A DNA stretch of 64,000 nucleotides, taken from Candidatus Dormibacteria bacterium. Its GTDB lineage: Bacteria > Chloroflexota > Dormibacteria > Aeolococcales > Aeolococcaceae. Each line of letters begins with the position of its first letter. Position 1 is the stretch's first letter. The stretch covers positions 12,688 through 76,687 of the forward strand of contig JBEKOU010000003.1 in NCBI GenBank assembly GCA_049521435.1, given 5' to 3'. Below, piece after piece: positions 54,075 through 62,926 of the stretch. A model generated the notes under the pieces. It was not told where the DNA came from. It saw only the letters and a program-made list of their open reading frames with translations, and did not search any database. The position numbers and the translations under genes are program-made.

Positions 54075-55183
54075 TGGAGCGACGGACGGGCGACCCCGTG
54101 CTCGACGTGAGAGGGCTCTCCACGTCGTTCTTCACCGACGACGGTGAGGTCAAGGCGGTCCGTGATGTCAGCTTCGACCTGGCCGCCGGGGAGACCCTCG
54201 GCATCGTCGGGGAGTCGGGGTGCGGCAAGAGCGTCAGCGCCCTCTCCATCCTCGGGCTCCTGCCGCGGCCGGGCAGGGTGGTCGCCGGCGAGATCCTCTT
54301 CAAGGGTCGGGACCTGCTGACCATCGGCCGGGAGGAGCTTCGCCAGGTCCGGGGCCGCGACATCGCCATGATCTTCCAGGACCCGCTCAGCTCGCTCAGC
54401 CCGGTCCACCGCATCGGGTTCCAGGTCGAGGAGGCGATGCGGGCCCATGACAAGGTCCCATCCCGGGAGGTGAGGCCGCGCGGCCTAGAGCTTCTCAACC
54501 GGGTCCGCGTGCCCGACGCCGCTCGGCGCGAACGCAACTACCCGCACCAGTTCTCCGGCGGCATGCGCCAACGGGTCATGATCGCCATGGGCCTCTCCAA
54601 CCGTCCCGAGATCCTGATCGCCGACGAGCCAACCACCGCGCTGGACGTGACCGTGCAGGCCCAGATCATTCAGCTCCTGCGCGATCTCAACCGCGACCTC
54701 GGAACATCGATCATCCTCATCACCCACAACCTGGGGGTGGTCGCCGGGCTGTGCACCCGGGTCGTCGTCATGTATGCCGGCGAGATCGTGGAGCAGGGAC
54801 CGACGGAGCAGATCTTCGACAGTCCCCAGCACCCCTACACCTGGGCTCTGCTCCGCTCCTTGCCCCGGGTGGACTCGGCCCGGCTCCAGCGCCTGCCCTC
54901 CATCGAGGGCCTGCCGCCCGACCTGATCGCTCCACCGCCGGGCTGCAAGTTCAATCCGCGCTGCCCCTTCCGCCTCGAGCGCTGCTTCCGCGATTCTCCC
55001 GAGCTGAAGCCGGTGGGCGATGGCCAGACGGCGGCCTGCTGGGTGACGATGAAGCGGGCCTACGCGGAGATGGGGGCGGCGTCGCTGGTCGACACCCGGC
55101 CGGGAGTGGCAAGCGGGGTCGGTCCACCCGCCACGGCGACGGAAGCGGCCTCTGACCCCGAACCGGAGGCACCGGGGTCGTGA
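54074..55183 (+). CDS. ABC transporter ATP-binding protein (DppD/OppD-like)
   Basis: [34 protein letters not shown] and the C-terminal oligopeptide-type extension ([12 protein letters not shown]). Confidence 0.9.
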   Translation: MERRTGDPVLDVRGLSTSFFTDDGEVKAVRDVSFDLAAGETLGIVGESGCGKSVSALSILGLLPRPGRVVAGEILFKGRDLLTIGREELRQVRGRDIAMIFQDPLSSLSPVHRIGFQVEEAMRAHDKVPSREVRPRGLELLNRVRVPDAARRERNYPHQFSGGMRQRVMIAMGLSNRPEILIADEPTTALDVTVQAQIIQLLRDLNRDLGTSIILITHNLGVVAGLCTRVVVMYAGEIVEQGPTEQIFDSPQHPYTWALLRSLPRVDSARLQRLPSIEGLPPDLIAPPPGCKFNPRCPFRLERCFRDSPELKPVGDGQTAACWVTMKRAYAEMGAASLVDTRPGVASGVGPPATATEAASDPEPEAPGS

Positions 55184-56217
55184 CCGGCGCGAGCTCCACC
55201 GAGCCGCCGCCCGTTGGCAGTCCACCCGCGCCGTCCGGCCAACCGCTGCTGTGCGCCGTCGATGTGGTCAAGCACTTTCATGTCGGGCGGGGGGCGATCT
55301 GCAAAGCCGTCGACGGGGTCAGCTTCGACATTCGCGCCGGGGAGACGGTGGGGCTGGTCGGCGAGTCGGGGTGCGGGAAATCGACGCTGGCCCGAGTGCT
55401 CACCCAGCTCCTCCCGGCCACCTCGGGTCAGGTGCTCTTCGAGGGTTTGGACCTGACGCGGATGCACGGTGAGAGCCTGCGCCAGCAGCGCAAGCACCTC
55501 CAGGTGATCTTCCAGGACCCCTTCGCCTCCCTCGACCCGCGCATGACGGTGGGCGACATCATCGCCGAGCCGCTCACCAACTTCGGGGTGATGCGAGGCA
55601 AGGAGAAGGACGACCGGGTGCAGGAGCTGCTCCGGGTCGTCGGTCTCAACCCTTACTTCAACAACCGCTACCCCCACGAGTTCAGCGGGGGCCAACGGCA
55701 GCGCATCGGCATCGCCCGCGCCCTCGCCCTCAACCCCAAGCTGATCGTCTGTGACGAGCCGGTCTCCGCCCTCGACGTCTCCATCCAGGCCCAGATCATC
55801 AACCTGCTCGAGGACCTGCAGGCCGAGTTCCACCTCACCTATCTCTTCATCGCCCACGACCTCTCGGTGGTGCGGCACATCAGCCAGCGGATCCTGGTCA
55901 TGTACCTGGGCAAGATCGTGGAGATCGCACCCAGCGACGACCTCTACTCGACCCAGTTCCACCCCTACACGAAGGCCCTCCTCTCCGCGGTCCCGGTGCC
56001 CGATCCGCGGGTGGAGTCGCAGAGGCGGCTGGTGGAGCTGTCCGGCGAGATTCCGTCACCCCTGCACCCGCCCTCGGGCTGCCGCTTCCACACACGCTGT
56101 CCGATCGCGCACGTCCCAGGCATCTGCAGCGACGAGGAGCCTCCGCTCGAGGAGAAGGGCGCCGGGCATCTCGCAGCCTGCCACTTCTCGTCACAGGTCG
56201 GAGCCGCGCTGGGCTGA
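55180..56217 (+). CDS. ABC transporter ATP-binding protein (DppF/OppF-like)
   Basis: [35 protein letters not shown] and PSGCRFHTRCP. Confidence 0.9.
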   Translation: MTGASSTEPPPVGSPPAPSGQPLLCAVDVVKHFHVGRGAICKAVDGVSFDIRAGETVGLVGESGCGKSTLARVLTQLLPATSGQVLFEGLDLTRMHGESLRQQRKHLQVIFQDPFASLDPRMTVGDIIAEPLTNFGVMRGKEKDDRVQELLRVVGLNPYFNNRYPHEFSGGQRQRIGIARALALNPKLIVCDEPVSALDVSIQAQIINLLEDLQAEFHLTYLFIAHDLSVVRHISQRILVMYLGKIVEIAPSDDLYSTQFHPYTKALLSAVPVPDPRVESQRRLVELSGEIPSPLHPPSGCRFHTRCPIAHVPGICSDEEPPLEEKGAGHLAACHFSSQVGAALG

Positions 56218-56267
56218 CCCGGGCCCGAGCCCCCCAGAGCCGGCCCTGGGCCGTACAGTAATCGGCG

Positions 56268-56678
56268 ATGGACCATGAGGCGGCGCTGGCGTTCGTCCGC
56301 AACAACCGTCGTGGCGTGCTCGCCACCCGCCGCCGCGACGGCGGGGTCCAGATGTCTCCCGTGGTGGCCGCGGTCGACGCGGAGAACCGGGTGGTGATCT
56401 CCACCCGGGAGGGCGCGATGAAGACGCTCAACCTCCGGCGCGACCCCCACGCCACCCTCTGCTTCTTCACCGATCGCTTCTTTGGACCGTGGTGCAGCGT
56501 CGAGGGGCCGGTCGAGATCCTCAGCCTTCCCGGGGCGCTCGAACCGCTCGTCGACTACTACCGGCTGACCTCGGGAGAGCACCCCGACTGGGAGGACTAC
56601 CGGCTCGCGATGCACCGCGAGCGCCGGGTGCTGGTCCGGATGACGGTGGAACGCAGCGGCCCCACCCGGACGGGCTGA
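56268..56678 (+). CDS. PPOX-class (F420-dependent-type) pyridoxamine 5'-phosphate oxidase family protein
   Basis: FVRNNRRGVLATRRRDGGVQMSPVV...TLNLRRDPHATLCF in a 136-aa split-barrel-size ORF. Confidence 0.75.
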   Translation: MDHEAALAFVRNNRRGVLATRRRDGGVQMSPVVAAVDAENRVVISTREGAMKTLNLRRDPHATLCFFTDRFFGPWCSVEGPVEILSLPGALEPLVDYYRLTSGEHPDWEDYRLAMHRERRVLVRMTVERSGPTRTG

Positions 56679-56745
56679 CCCGGGCAGCTCCGCGTCGGGG
56701 GAGCCGCGCTCCAGGGGGCACCCCGTCCCGACAGGCGACCCGACG

Positions 56746-58194
56746 CTACCCGGCGGGCCCGATGCGGTGGACCAGCTCCTGCCGCGCGGCGCGCAGACGT
56801 TCCAGGCTCTTCTCGGGACCGATGAACGCCATCGCGTCGAAGACGGGGACCCCGGCGGGAGCCCCGAGGATGGCGATGTAGAGGACCCGGAACCCGTCGC
56901 GCGCCTTGACCTCGCGGGCGTCCAGCAGAGCGGTGAGCCGTTCCCGCATCGCCTCGAGGCCGTCCAGGCCGCCCGCCTCCACCTCGGCGATGGCCGCCTC
57001 GAGGAGGGTCTGTGCCGTGGCAGCATCCACCTTGCGGGGTGGGAAGACGACATCCGGATCCCAGGAGATGGGGCCGATCAAAGGCGCTGCCAGGGGGCCG
57101 GCGTCGTGGAGGGTGACCATCCGCTCCCGGAGCAGGGGCACCAGCTGGCGGCGGGCGTCAAGGCTCGTGCCCGGAAGGTGGAACTCGAGCGCCGCGACCA
57201 GCGCCTCGGGGTCCATCCGGCGGATGTGCAGCCCGTTGAGGGAGTCGAGGCGGCGTGCGTCGAAGACAGCGGGCGAGGACTGGATCCGCTCCAGGGTGAA
57301 GGCGGCGACCAGCTCGTCCCGGCTGAAGACCTCCTGCTCGGTCCCGCTCGACCACCCCAGCAGCGCCATGGCGTTGACCATCGCCCCGGGCAGGTATCCC
57401 TCCTCCGCGTACTCCAGGACGGTGCGGGCGCCGCGCCGCTTGGACAGCTTCTGGCGCGCCTCGTCCAGCACCGTGGGGACGTGACAGAAGACGGGCGGCT
57501 GCCAGCCGAGCGCCGAGTAGATGGCAAGGTGCTTGGGGGTCGAGGGGATCCACTCGTCGGAGCGGATGACGTGGGTGATCTCCATCAGGTGGTCGTCCAC
57601 CACAACGGCCAGGTGGTAGGTGGGGAAGCCGTCCGACTTGAGCAGCACCTGATCGTCGATGTCGGCGTTCTCGTATCTGATCGCGCCGTGGACGGCGTCG
57701 TCCCACTCGGTCGTGCCCTCGGGCATGCGCAGCCGGAGGACCGCGGGCATCCCGGCGGCGCGCTCGGCCGCCACCTCAGCCTGGCGGGAGAGGCACCGAC
57801 GGTCGTAGCGCGGTGGCTCGTGGAGTCGCTGCTGCTCGAGGCGCATCTCGGTGAGGCGTGCGGGGGCGCAGGTGCACCAGTAGGCGGCTCCGGAATCGAC
57901 CAGCCTGCGCGCGTGCTCGGTGTAGAGCTCGAGGCGCAGCGATTGAATGTAGGGGCCATGCGGGCCGCCCACCTCCGGCCCCTCGTCCCAGGTCAGCTCC
58001 AGCCAGTTGAGCGTCTCCAGGATGGCGGCCTCGCTCTCCGGGACGTACCGCCCCTGATCGGTGTCCTCGATGCGGAGCACGAAGCTGCCCCCCGTGGAGC
58101 GCGCGGCCAGCCATGCGAAGAGGGCGGTGCGGACGTTGCCGAGGTGGAGGAATCCGGTGGGCGAGGGAGCGAACCGCGTTCGGATGGGCGCCAC
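56746..58194 (-). CDS. gltX: glutamate--tRNA ligase
   Basis: RFAPSPTGFLHLGNVRTALF (HIGH), RIEDTD and KLSKRRG (KMSKS). GTG start. Confidence 0.95.
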   Translation of the reverse strand: MAPIRTRFAPSPTGFLHLGNVRTALFAWLAARSTGGSFVLRIEDTDQGRYVPESEAAILETLNWLELTWDEGPEVGGPHGPYIQSLRLELYTEHARRLVDSGAAYWCTCAPARLTEMRLEQQRLHEPPRYDRRCLSRQAEVAAERAAGMPAVLRLRMPEGTTEWDDAVHGAIRYENADIDDQVLLKSDGFPTYHLAVVVDDHLMEITHVIRSDEWIPSTPKHLAIYSALGWQPPVFCHVPTVLDEARQKLSKRRGARTVLEYAEEGYLPGAMVNAMALLGWSSGTEQEVFSRDELVAAFTLERIQSSPAVFDARRLDSLNGLHIRRMDPEALVAALEFHLPGTSLDARRQLVPLLRERMVTLHDAGPLAAPLIGPISWDPDVVFPPRKVDAATAQTLLEAAIAEVEAGGLDGLEAMRERLTALLDAREVKARDGFRVLYIAILGAPAGVPVFDAMAFIGPEKSLERLRAARQELVHRIGPAG

Positions 58195-58203
58195 CGGACG
58201 GGC

Positions 58204-58377
58204 TCAGCGCTGCGCGAAGAAGAAGACGAAGACCCCGGTCCAGATCAGGAGGACGGCCATCACGATGGCGGCGTCGAGGCCGGAGACGGAGAAGGCGACC
58301 GGACGGGGCGACCCGCGCCCGCGCCCGCCGCCATCGACGGGAACGACCCCGCTGCCGGGGTTCGCAGGATCATCCAT
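58204..58377 (-). CDS. possible 57-aa single-pass membrane peptide upstream of gltX
   Basis: MDDPANPGSGVVPVDGGGRGRGSPRPVAFSVSGLDAAIVMAVLLIWTGVFVFFFAQR. The ATG follows GTGGGGG. Below the track cut-off. Its stop is 9 nt before the gltX start. Confidence 0.3.
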   Translation of the reverse strand: MDDPANPGSGVVPVDGGGRGRGSPRPVAFSVSGLDAAIVMAVLLIWTGVFVFFFAQR

Positions 58378-58440
58378 CCCCCACGCTGGCAGCGCGGCAG
58401 TGGGACCGTTGCCGGGAGTGATCTGGTGGGCCTCCGTGGA

Positions 58441-59730
58441 CTAGGTGGCGGCCTGCTCTGGGCGGGCACCGCCGCGAACTGGACCGAGTATACCGGCGAC
58501 GGCGGACCCGCCCGGCGGCCCAGCCAGAGCCGCGGTGAGTGTGGCCACCACCACGCTCGCGAAGGCAACGTCGACCTGGATGGATCCAAAGACCAAGATC
58601 CCCGCGAAGCTCGCAGAGAGGAGGAGGGCCACGGCGCCGGCAAGGCGGGGCCGGGTGCGACCGGCGAGAGCCACCGCCGGGGCGACGAGCAGGAAGTCCT
58701 GGCCCAGCACGTGGGGCGAGAGCAGCAGCGATAGACAGACGAAGGTGGCGACCGTCAGACGAGGATCGGCGCGTAGCCGCCGCCGCCACGCCACCGCCCC
58801 CACCGCCAGGAGGGGTACGGCGAGGGCGAGCGCGGCGTAGCCAGCCCCCGGGCCAAGGACCATCCCCACCAGACCGGGCACGCTCGGGGAGTTGGAGAGC
58901 TGGGCAGTGCCCGCCGTGAGCGAGAGCCCGACCCAGTCCGCGACCCCTCCGGGGCCGACGAGGAACAAGCTCAGGGCAGCGACGACCAGGGCGCCAAGCG
59001 CGAGGCCGGCGAGCGCTCGCCACCTGCGCATCACCACCAATGCCAGTGGGACCAGCCAGATGTACTGGGGTTTGATCAGAAGGCAGGCGAGGGCGAGACC
59101 AGCCACGAGGGGATGCCGGTCGAGGAGCCACAGGGCCACCACCAGGCAGAGGGTGAGAACTCCCGCCCACTGGCCCAACGCGAAACTGAATACGCCGGGG
59201 ACGCAGAGGAGAGCCACGAGTGTCGGCCAGGGGGGGCAACCGATCCGCCGCGTGAGCACGCGGTAGCTGGCGACAATTGCGGCTACTGAGAGTCCGGAGA
59301 ACAGGGCGAAGCCGATCGCCAGTGGGAGCACAGCGAGAGGGACCAGCACCAGCGCTGCCGGAGGAGGGTTCAGAAAGGGCAGGTAGCTACCGCCCGGGCT
59401 GGACATGGTGCCCAGCAACCCGACCGGGACGGGGCCCCCGAGCAACGAGGACTCGGCGGAGGCGAGCGGCCCCGCGCAGTACAGGCACTGGGAGCCGCGG
59501 GCCACCATCCGCGCCGCGGCCACGAGGGGGATCCAGTCGCTGACACCTCCGGCGCTCGCGACGTTCCAGACACCCCTGACCACCTCGGCGACCAGGTTGC
59601 CGGCGAGCAGGCCTACGACGGCCGTGGCCGGCAGGTGACCGCCCCGTGGCGTCGCCGGAGAGCGTGAACGACCCGCTGAGGGCGACGCTCCAGGCGCCGT
59701 CTTGGTGCTCAGATCAGCTGTGGCGGCCAC
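58441..59730 (-). CDS. GT-C membrane glycosyltransferase, DUF2029/GT87-like
   Basis: Polytopic 429-aa ORF. First loop SDWIPLVAAARMVARGSQCLYCAGPL. Paralog of the partial gene at 62927. Confidence 0.65.
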   Translation of the reverse strand: MAATADLSTKTAPGASPSAGRSRSPATPRGGHLPATAVVGLLAGNLVAEVVRGVWNVASAGGVSDWIPLVAAARMVARGSQCLYCAGPLASAESSLLGGPVPVGLLGTMSSPGGSYLPFLNPPPAALVLVPLAVLPLAIGFALFSGLSVAAIVASYRVLTRRIGCPPWPTLVALLCVPGVFSFALGQWAGVLTLCLVVALWLLDRHPLVAGLALACLLIKPQYIWLVPLALVVMRRWRALAGLALGALVVAALSLFLVGPGGVADWVGLSLTAGTAQLSNSPSVPGLVGMVLGPGAGYAALALAVPLLAVGAVAWRRRLRADPRLTVATFVCLSLLLSPHVLGQDFLLVAPAVALAGRTRPRLAGAVALLLSASFAGILVFGSIQVDVAFASVVVATLTAALAGPPGGSAVAGILGPVRGGARPEQAAT

Positions 59731-59985
59731 CCGACCAGTCTCGCCTTCCCAAGCGACCGGGCAGACTCGATCGCATCACGCGTCGGCCACGAGATGCCCT
59801 TCGGGGCGACGGGAGACCTGCGGCGGGCCCCCGGAGGCCAAGATGAGGGAACGGTTCGGTAGCCCGGGTTTCGAGCTGATCGAGATCCGCCACGGCGAGC
59901 AGCGCCCCCCGGGGGCGAGGAGACCACCCGGCTGGCACCGGCCGCTCCGCCGGTAGGCCCAAGGCGACCGATACACTCGCCGGCG

Positions 59986-61155
59986 ATGACGTCCACGCTC
60001 GCCGGCGCCTGGAAGAGCGCCGCTCGCGAGGCCCGCGTGCTGCGCATCGTCCTGCCCCCCTTCGCCGCCAGCAAGCTGATCGGGCTGTTGGTGCCGATGC
60101 TGACCGTGTGGGTTCGCGGCACCGGGGCGGGCCTGCCATCCGGGTCAGCGCTCCTCCAGCCCTTCGCCCTCTGGGACGGGGGCGCCTTCACCGAGATCGC
60201 CCAGCGCGGCTATCCGAGCGGGCCCGTGAATCTGGCGGTCGGCGCGGGCGGCCACCTCTGGGCGTACTTCCCGGGTTACCCGTTGCTCGTCCACGTGGCC
60301 GCTTTCGTCGTGCCCAACACCATCCTCGCCGGCATCGTGGTGAGCGCGATCGGCGAGCTGATCGGCCTGGTGTTCCTCGCCAAACTGATCCTGCTGGAGC
60401 GGGGCGACGAGGCGTCGGCGCGCTTCGCCTGCTGGGCGCTCGCGGTCTTCCCGTACGCGGTCTTCCTGACCGCGGTCTTCTCGGAGAGCACCTTCCTGGC
60501 GGCCACCACCGTGTCGCTCTATTACATGCGCCGGGGCAAGGACGGGCGCGCCTCGATCGCCGCGGCCGTCGCCATGCTGGTGCGGATCACCGGGGTCGCC
60601 CTGATCCCGGCGCTCGTCGTCGACCATCTGATCCGCCGGCATGGTCGGCCCGGACGCGGCCTGATCGCCATCCTCGCCACTCCCCTCTCCCCCCTCCTCT
60701 TCGTGGCCTACGGGTGGCTCGCCACCGGGAACCCGCTCGTCTACCTGCAGGTGGAGCGCTCGGCCTCCTTCAACCGCGTCTTCGCCTGGCCGTGGGATGG
60801 CGCCCGCGCCACCTTCCAGTCGTTCGTGCAGGGCATCAACGGCGACAGCTTCGTCTTCGGCATGGAGCTGCTCTTCGGCGTCGCGGGACTCATCGCCGTC
60901 CTCTGGCTGGCCTGGCACTGGCGGACGGTTGCCCCCTCGCTCACCGTCTTCGCCGCGGTCGCGTGGCTGATGTCCACCGCCCTGATCTATTGGTTGAGCG
61001 TGCCCCGGTACGAGATGACGGTGGTGCCGATCTACCTCGCCCTCGCGGACGTGACCCAGCGCCACCCCCAGTCGCGCACGGTGCTGATCGCGGCCTCGGC
61101 GGGCTGGATGGGCTTCCTGGCCACCCTGATGGCGACCGGGCAGTTCGTGGCCTGA
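59986..61155 (+). CDS. GT-C membrane mannosyltransferase-like protein (PIG-V/GT76-like)
   Basis: ALWDGGAFTEIAQRGY (WD...Y..IA..GY loop as I recall for PIG-V-type enzymes), then about 9 TM segments. Confidence 0.6.
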   Translation: MTSTLAGAWKSAAREARVLRIVLPPFAASKLIGLLVPMLTVWVRGTGAGLPSGSALLQPFALWDGGAFTEIAQRGYPSGPVNLAVGAGGHLWAYFPGYPLLVHVAAFVVPNTILAGIVVSAIGELIGLVFLAKLILLERGDEASARFACWALAVFPYAVFLTAVFSESTFLAATTVSLYYMRRGKDGRASIAAAVAMLVRITGVALIPALVVDHLIRRHGRPGRGLIAILATPLSPLLFVAYGWLATGNPLVYLQVERSASFNRVFAWPWDGARATFQSFVQGINGDSFVFGMELLFGVAGLIAVLWLAWHWRTVAPSLTVFAAVAWLMSTALIYWLSVPRYEMTVVPIYLALADVTQRHPQSRTVLIAASAGWMGFLATLMATGQFVA

Positions 61156-61258
61156 CGACCGGGCTCACGCCGCCTGCGGCGAGCCATGGCGGGGTGAGGC
61201 GAGCGCGGCTGAGCCGCGCCGCCGAGGGGCGGCGAGCCCCTGTGAGAAGAGAAGGGGC

Positions 61259-61282
61259 CCCCACGCGGCCTCCCGCGTGGGG
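61259..61282. terminator. bidirectional hairpin CCCCACGCGG-CCTC-CCGCGTGGGG between the GT gene and tRNA-Glu
   Basis: 10-bp stem. On the minus strand it starts 8 nt after the tRNA 3' end and is followed by a pyrimidine-rich TTCTCTTCTC. Confidence 0.5.
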
Positions 61283-61289
61283 AGCGCAC

Positions 61290-61361
61290 TACCCGCACGG
61301 GGAGTCGAACCCCGGTTGCCACCTTGAAAGGGTGAGGTCCTAACCGCTAGACGATGCGGGC
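61290..61361 (-). tRNA. tRNA-Glu (anticodon UUC)
   Basis: Folded by hand: GCCCGCA-UC-GUCU-AGCGGUUA-GGAC-C-UCACC-CUUUCAA-GGUGG-CAAC-CGGGG-UUCGACU-CCCCG-UGCGGGU-A. 72 nt, CCA not encoded. Confidence 0.95.
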
Positions 61362-61448
61362 GCTGCGGAGATGGTACCCGGGGCGGTCCGGAGAGCTCGG
61401 CGCCCCGCCCACGGCGGCGGCATCTGACGAGGCCCGCCGCTCAGCCGG

Positions 61449-62114
61449 TCAGCTCCCCCACTCGACGTCACCGGAGAATCCCCGCGGCTTGGGATGGCGC
61501 CGGTACGCCTCGCGACCCGACGCGGCCTCGGCGATGGTGGTGCTTCGCCCGTGGCCGGGCAGGACGAGGGTGGCGGCGGGGAGAGGCAGGAGCCGGGCGT
61601 CGATCGAGGCCAGGATCGTCTCCAGGTCGCCGGCGGCGAAGGTCTTGCCCGGGCCGCCGTTGAAGAGGGTGTCCCCGGTGATCACCGCCGCGCCCACGCG
61701 CAGTGAGATGCTGCCCGGGGTGTGGCCGGGGGTGTGGAGGACATCGATCCGGATGCCTCCGACCCGGAGCTCCTGGCCGTCGGCAAGCCGGCCATTGATC
61801 CGTTCCTCGGGGACGTTGATCTCGGCGTCGCCCACCAGGACGGGGGCGCCGGTCGCGGCCCGGACCGCGTCGTAGGTCGCCCAATGGTCCAGATGCCAGT
61901 GGCTGGCGACCACCGTCTGGACGCCCCCCTCGGCGGCGATGGCGCCCAGCAGCGGGCCCTCCTCCAGCGGCATGTCGACCAGCAGGCCGGCGTGCGCGGA
62001 GGTGTCGCGGACGATGTAGGCGTTGTTGGCGTAGGGGCCCATGGGACCGACCCTGACGATCCGGACGTCGCCGTCCTCGAAGACCTCGACGGCCGCGGGC
62101 AGGGCCGAGGTCAC
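61449..62114 (-). CDS. MBL-fold metallo-hydrolase
   Basis: ASHWHLDHW (HxHxDH), HTPGHTPGS and LPGHG. The GTG at 62114 overlaps the upstream stop (GTGA). The track ORF extends further with junk-like sequence. Confidence 0.85.
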   Translation of the reverse strand: MTSALPAAVEVFEDGDVRIVRVGPMGPYANNAYIVRDTSAHAGLLVDMPLEEGPLLGAIAAEGGVQTVVASHWHLDHWATYDAVRAATGAPVLVGDAEINVPEERINGRLADGQELRVGGIRIDVLHTPGHTPGSISLRVGAAVITGDTLFNGGPGKTFAAGDLETILASIDARLLPLPAATLVLPGHGRSTTIAEAASGREAYRRHPKPRGFSGDVEWGS

Positions 62115-62794
62115 GGCTTCGATGCCGGGGAGCGCCGGGCTCGCGCCCTCCCGGGCGAGCTGGCCGACGATCCGGGCGGGGCGGGAACCGCGCGTGAGGG
62201 AGCGCGGCGTGGGGGGTGCTGGGAGCCCTCGGCCCGCGCCGCCGCCTTGTGCTCCCGCTTGGCGGCCTGGTAGGCGCGACGCTCCTCCGCGGTGCTGACG
62301 TCGGCGAGGGTGGGGAAGTCCGGAGCCACCTCCTCCCAGCCGGGCGGCCTCACCCCGAAGTGGCGAGCGAGCACGCCGGTGACGATCCGCGCCTTGAGCG
62401 GGCCGAAGCCGGGAAGCGCCGCGAGGCGGCGGTGGAGCTCCGCCGCCGTGCCGGCCTCCCGCCATAGCCGGGACGCGTCACCGCCGTAGGTCTCCGCGAC
62501 GATGCGGCAGATACCCTGGGCGCGCTCGGCCATGCTGCGCGGGAAGCGGTGGATCGCGGGCGGGGTGCGGAAGGCGGTCGCGAAGACCTCGGGGTCGAGG
62601 GCGGCCAGGCGCTCGGGGTCGAGCGTCCCGAGCCGCTCACGCATGCGCAGCGGCCCTAGGAACGCCTGCTCGATCGGGAACTGCTGGTCGAGGCAGAAGC
62701 CGATGAGCAGCGCGAGGGGGTTCCCGGCAACCAGGCGGTTGGCCGCAGGGTCCTCCGTCCATTCGAGGCTGGGCGCAGAGTGAGGTGTGGGCAC
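62111..62794 (-). CDS. HhH-GPD-type base-excision-repair family protein
   Basis: NPLALLIGFCLDQQFPIEQAFLGPLRMRERLG, PAIHRFPRSMAERAQ and LPGFGPLKARIV (helix-hairpin-helix). Confidence 0.75.
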   Translation of the reverse strand: MPTPHSAPSLEWTEDPAANRLVAGNPLALLIGFCLDQQFPIEQAFLGPLRMRERLGTLDPERLAALDPEVFATAFRTPPAIHRFPRSMAERAQGICRIVAETYGGDASRLWREAGTAAELHRRLAALPGFGPLKARIVTGVLARHFGVRPPGWEEVAPDFPTLADVSTAEERRAYQAAKREHKAAARAEGSQHPPRRAPSRAVPAPPGSSASSPGRARARRSPASKP

Positions 62795-62926
62795 GCCCTC
62801 TAGCCTACCTGAGGAGGCGCCGGATGTCCCTGCGACTCACGAGAACCCAGCGACCTCGAGCGCCACGTATCTCGATCCGGTCACGACAACTCGGGATGGG
62901 GCTCGCCGGGTGGTAAGAACGGGCGC

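Noticed and set aside
56746-61361. Regulatory link (T-box or similar) between gltX and the nearby tRNA-Glu; integration hotspot at the tRNA
   Set aside because: The gltX upstream region shows no specifier-loop or T-box features. No integrase, direct repeat of the tRNA 3' end or composition break flanks the tRNA.
62824-62916. 30-codon uORF (MSLRLTRTQRPRAPRISIRSRQLGMGLAGW) with GAGGAGG upstream, ahead of the second GT87-like gene
   Set aside because: The composition is Arg-rich, resembling an out-of-frame reading. It lies in a divergent promoter region. There is no coupling to the downstream start and no supporting feature.
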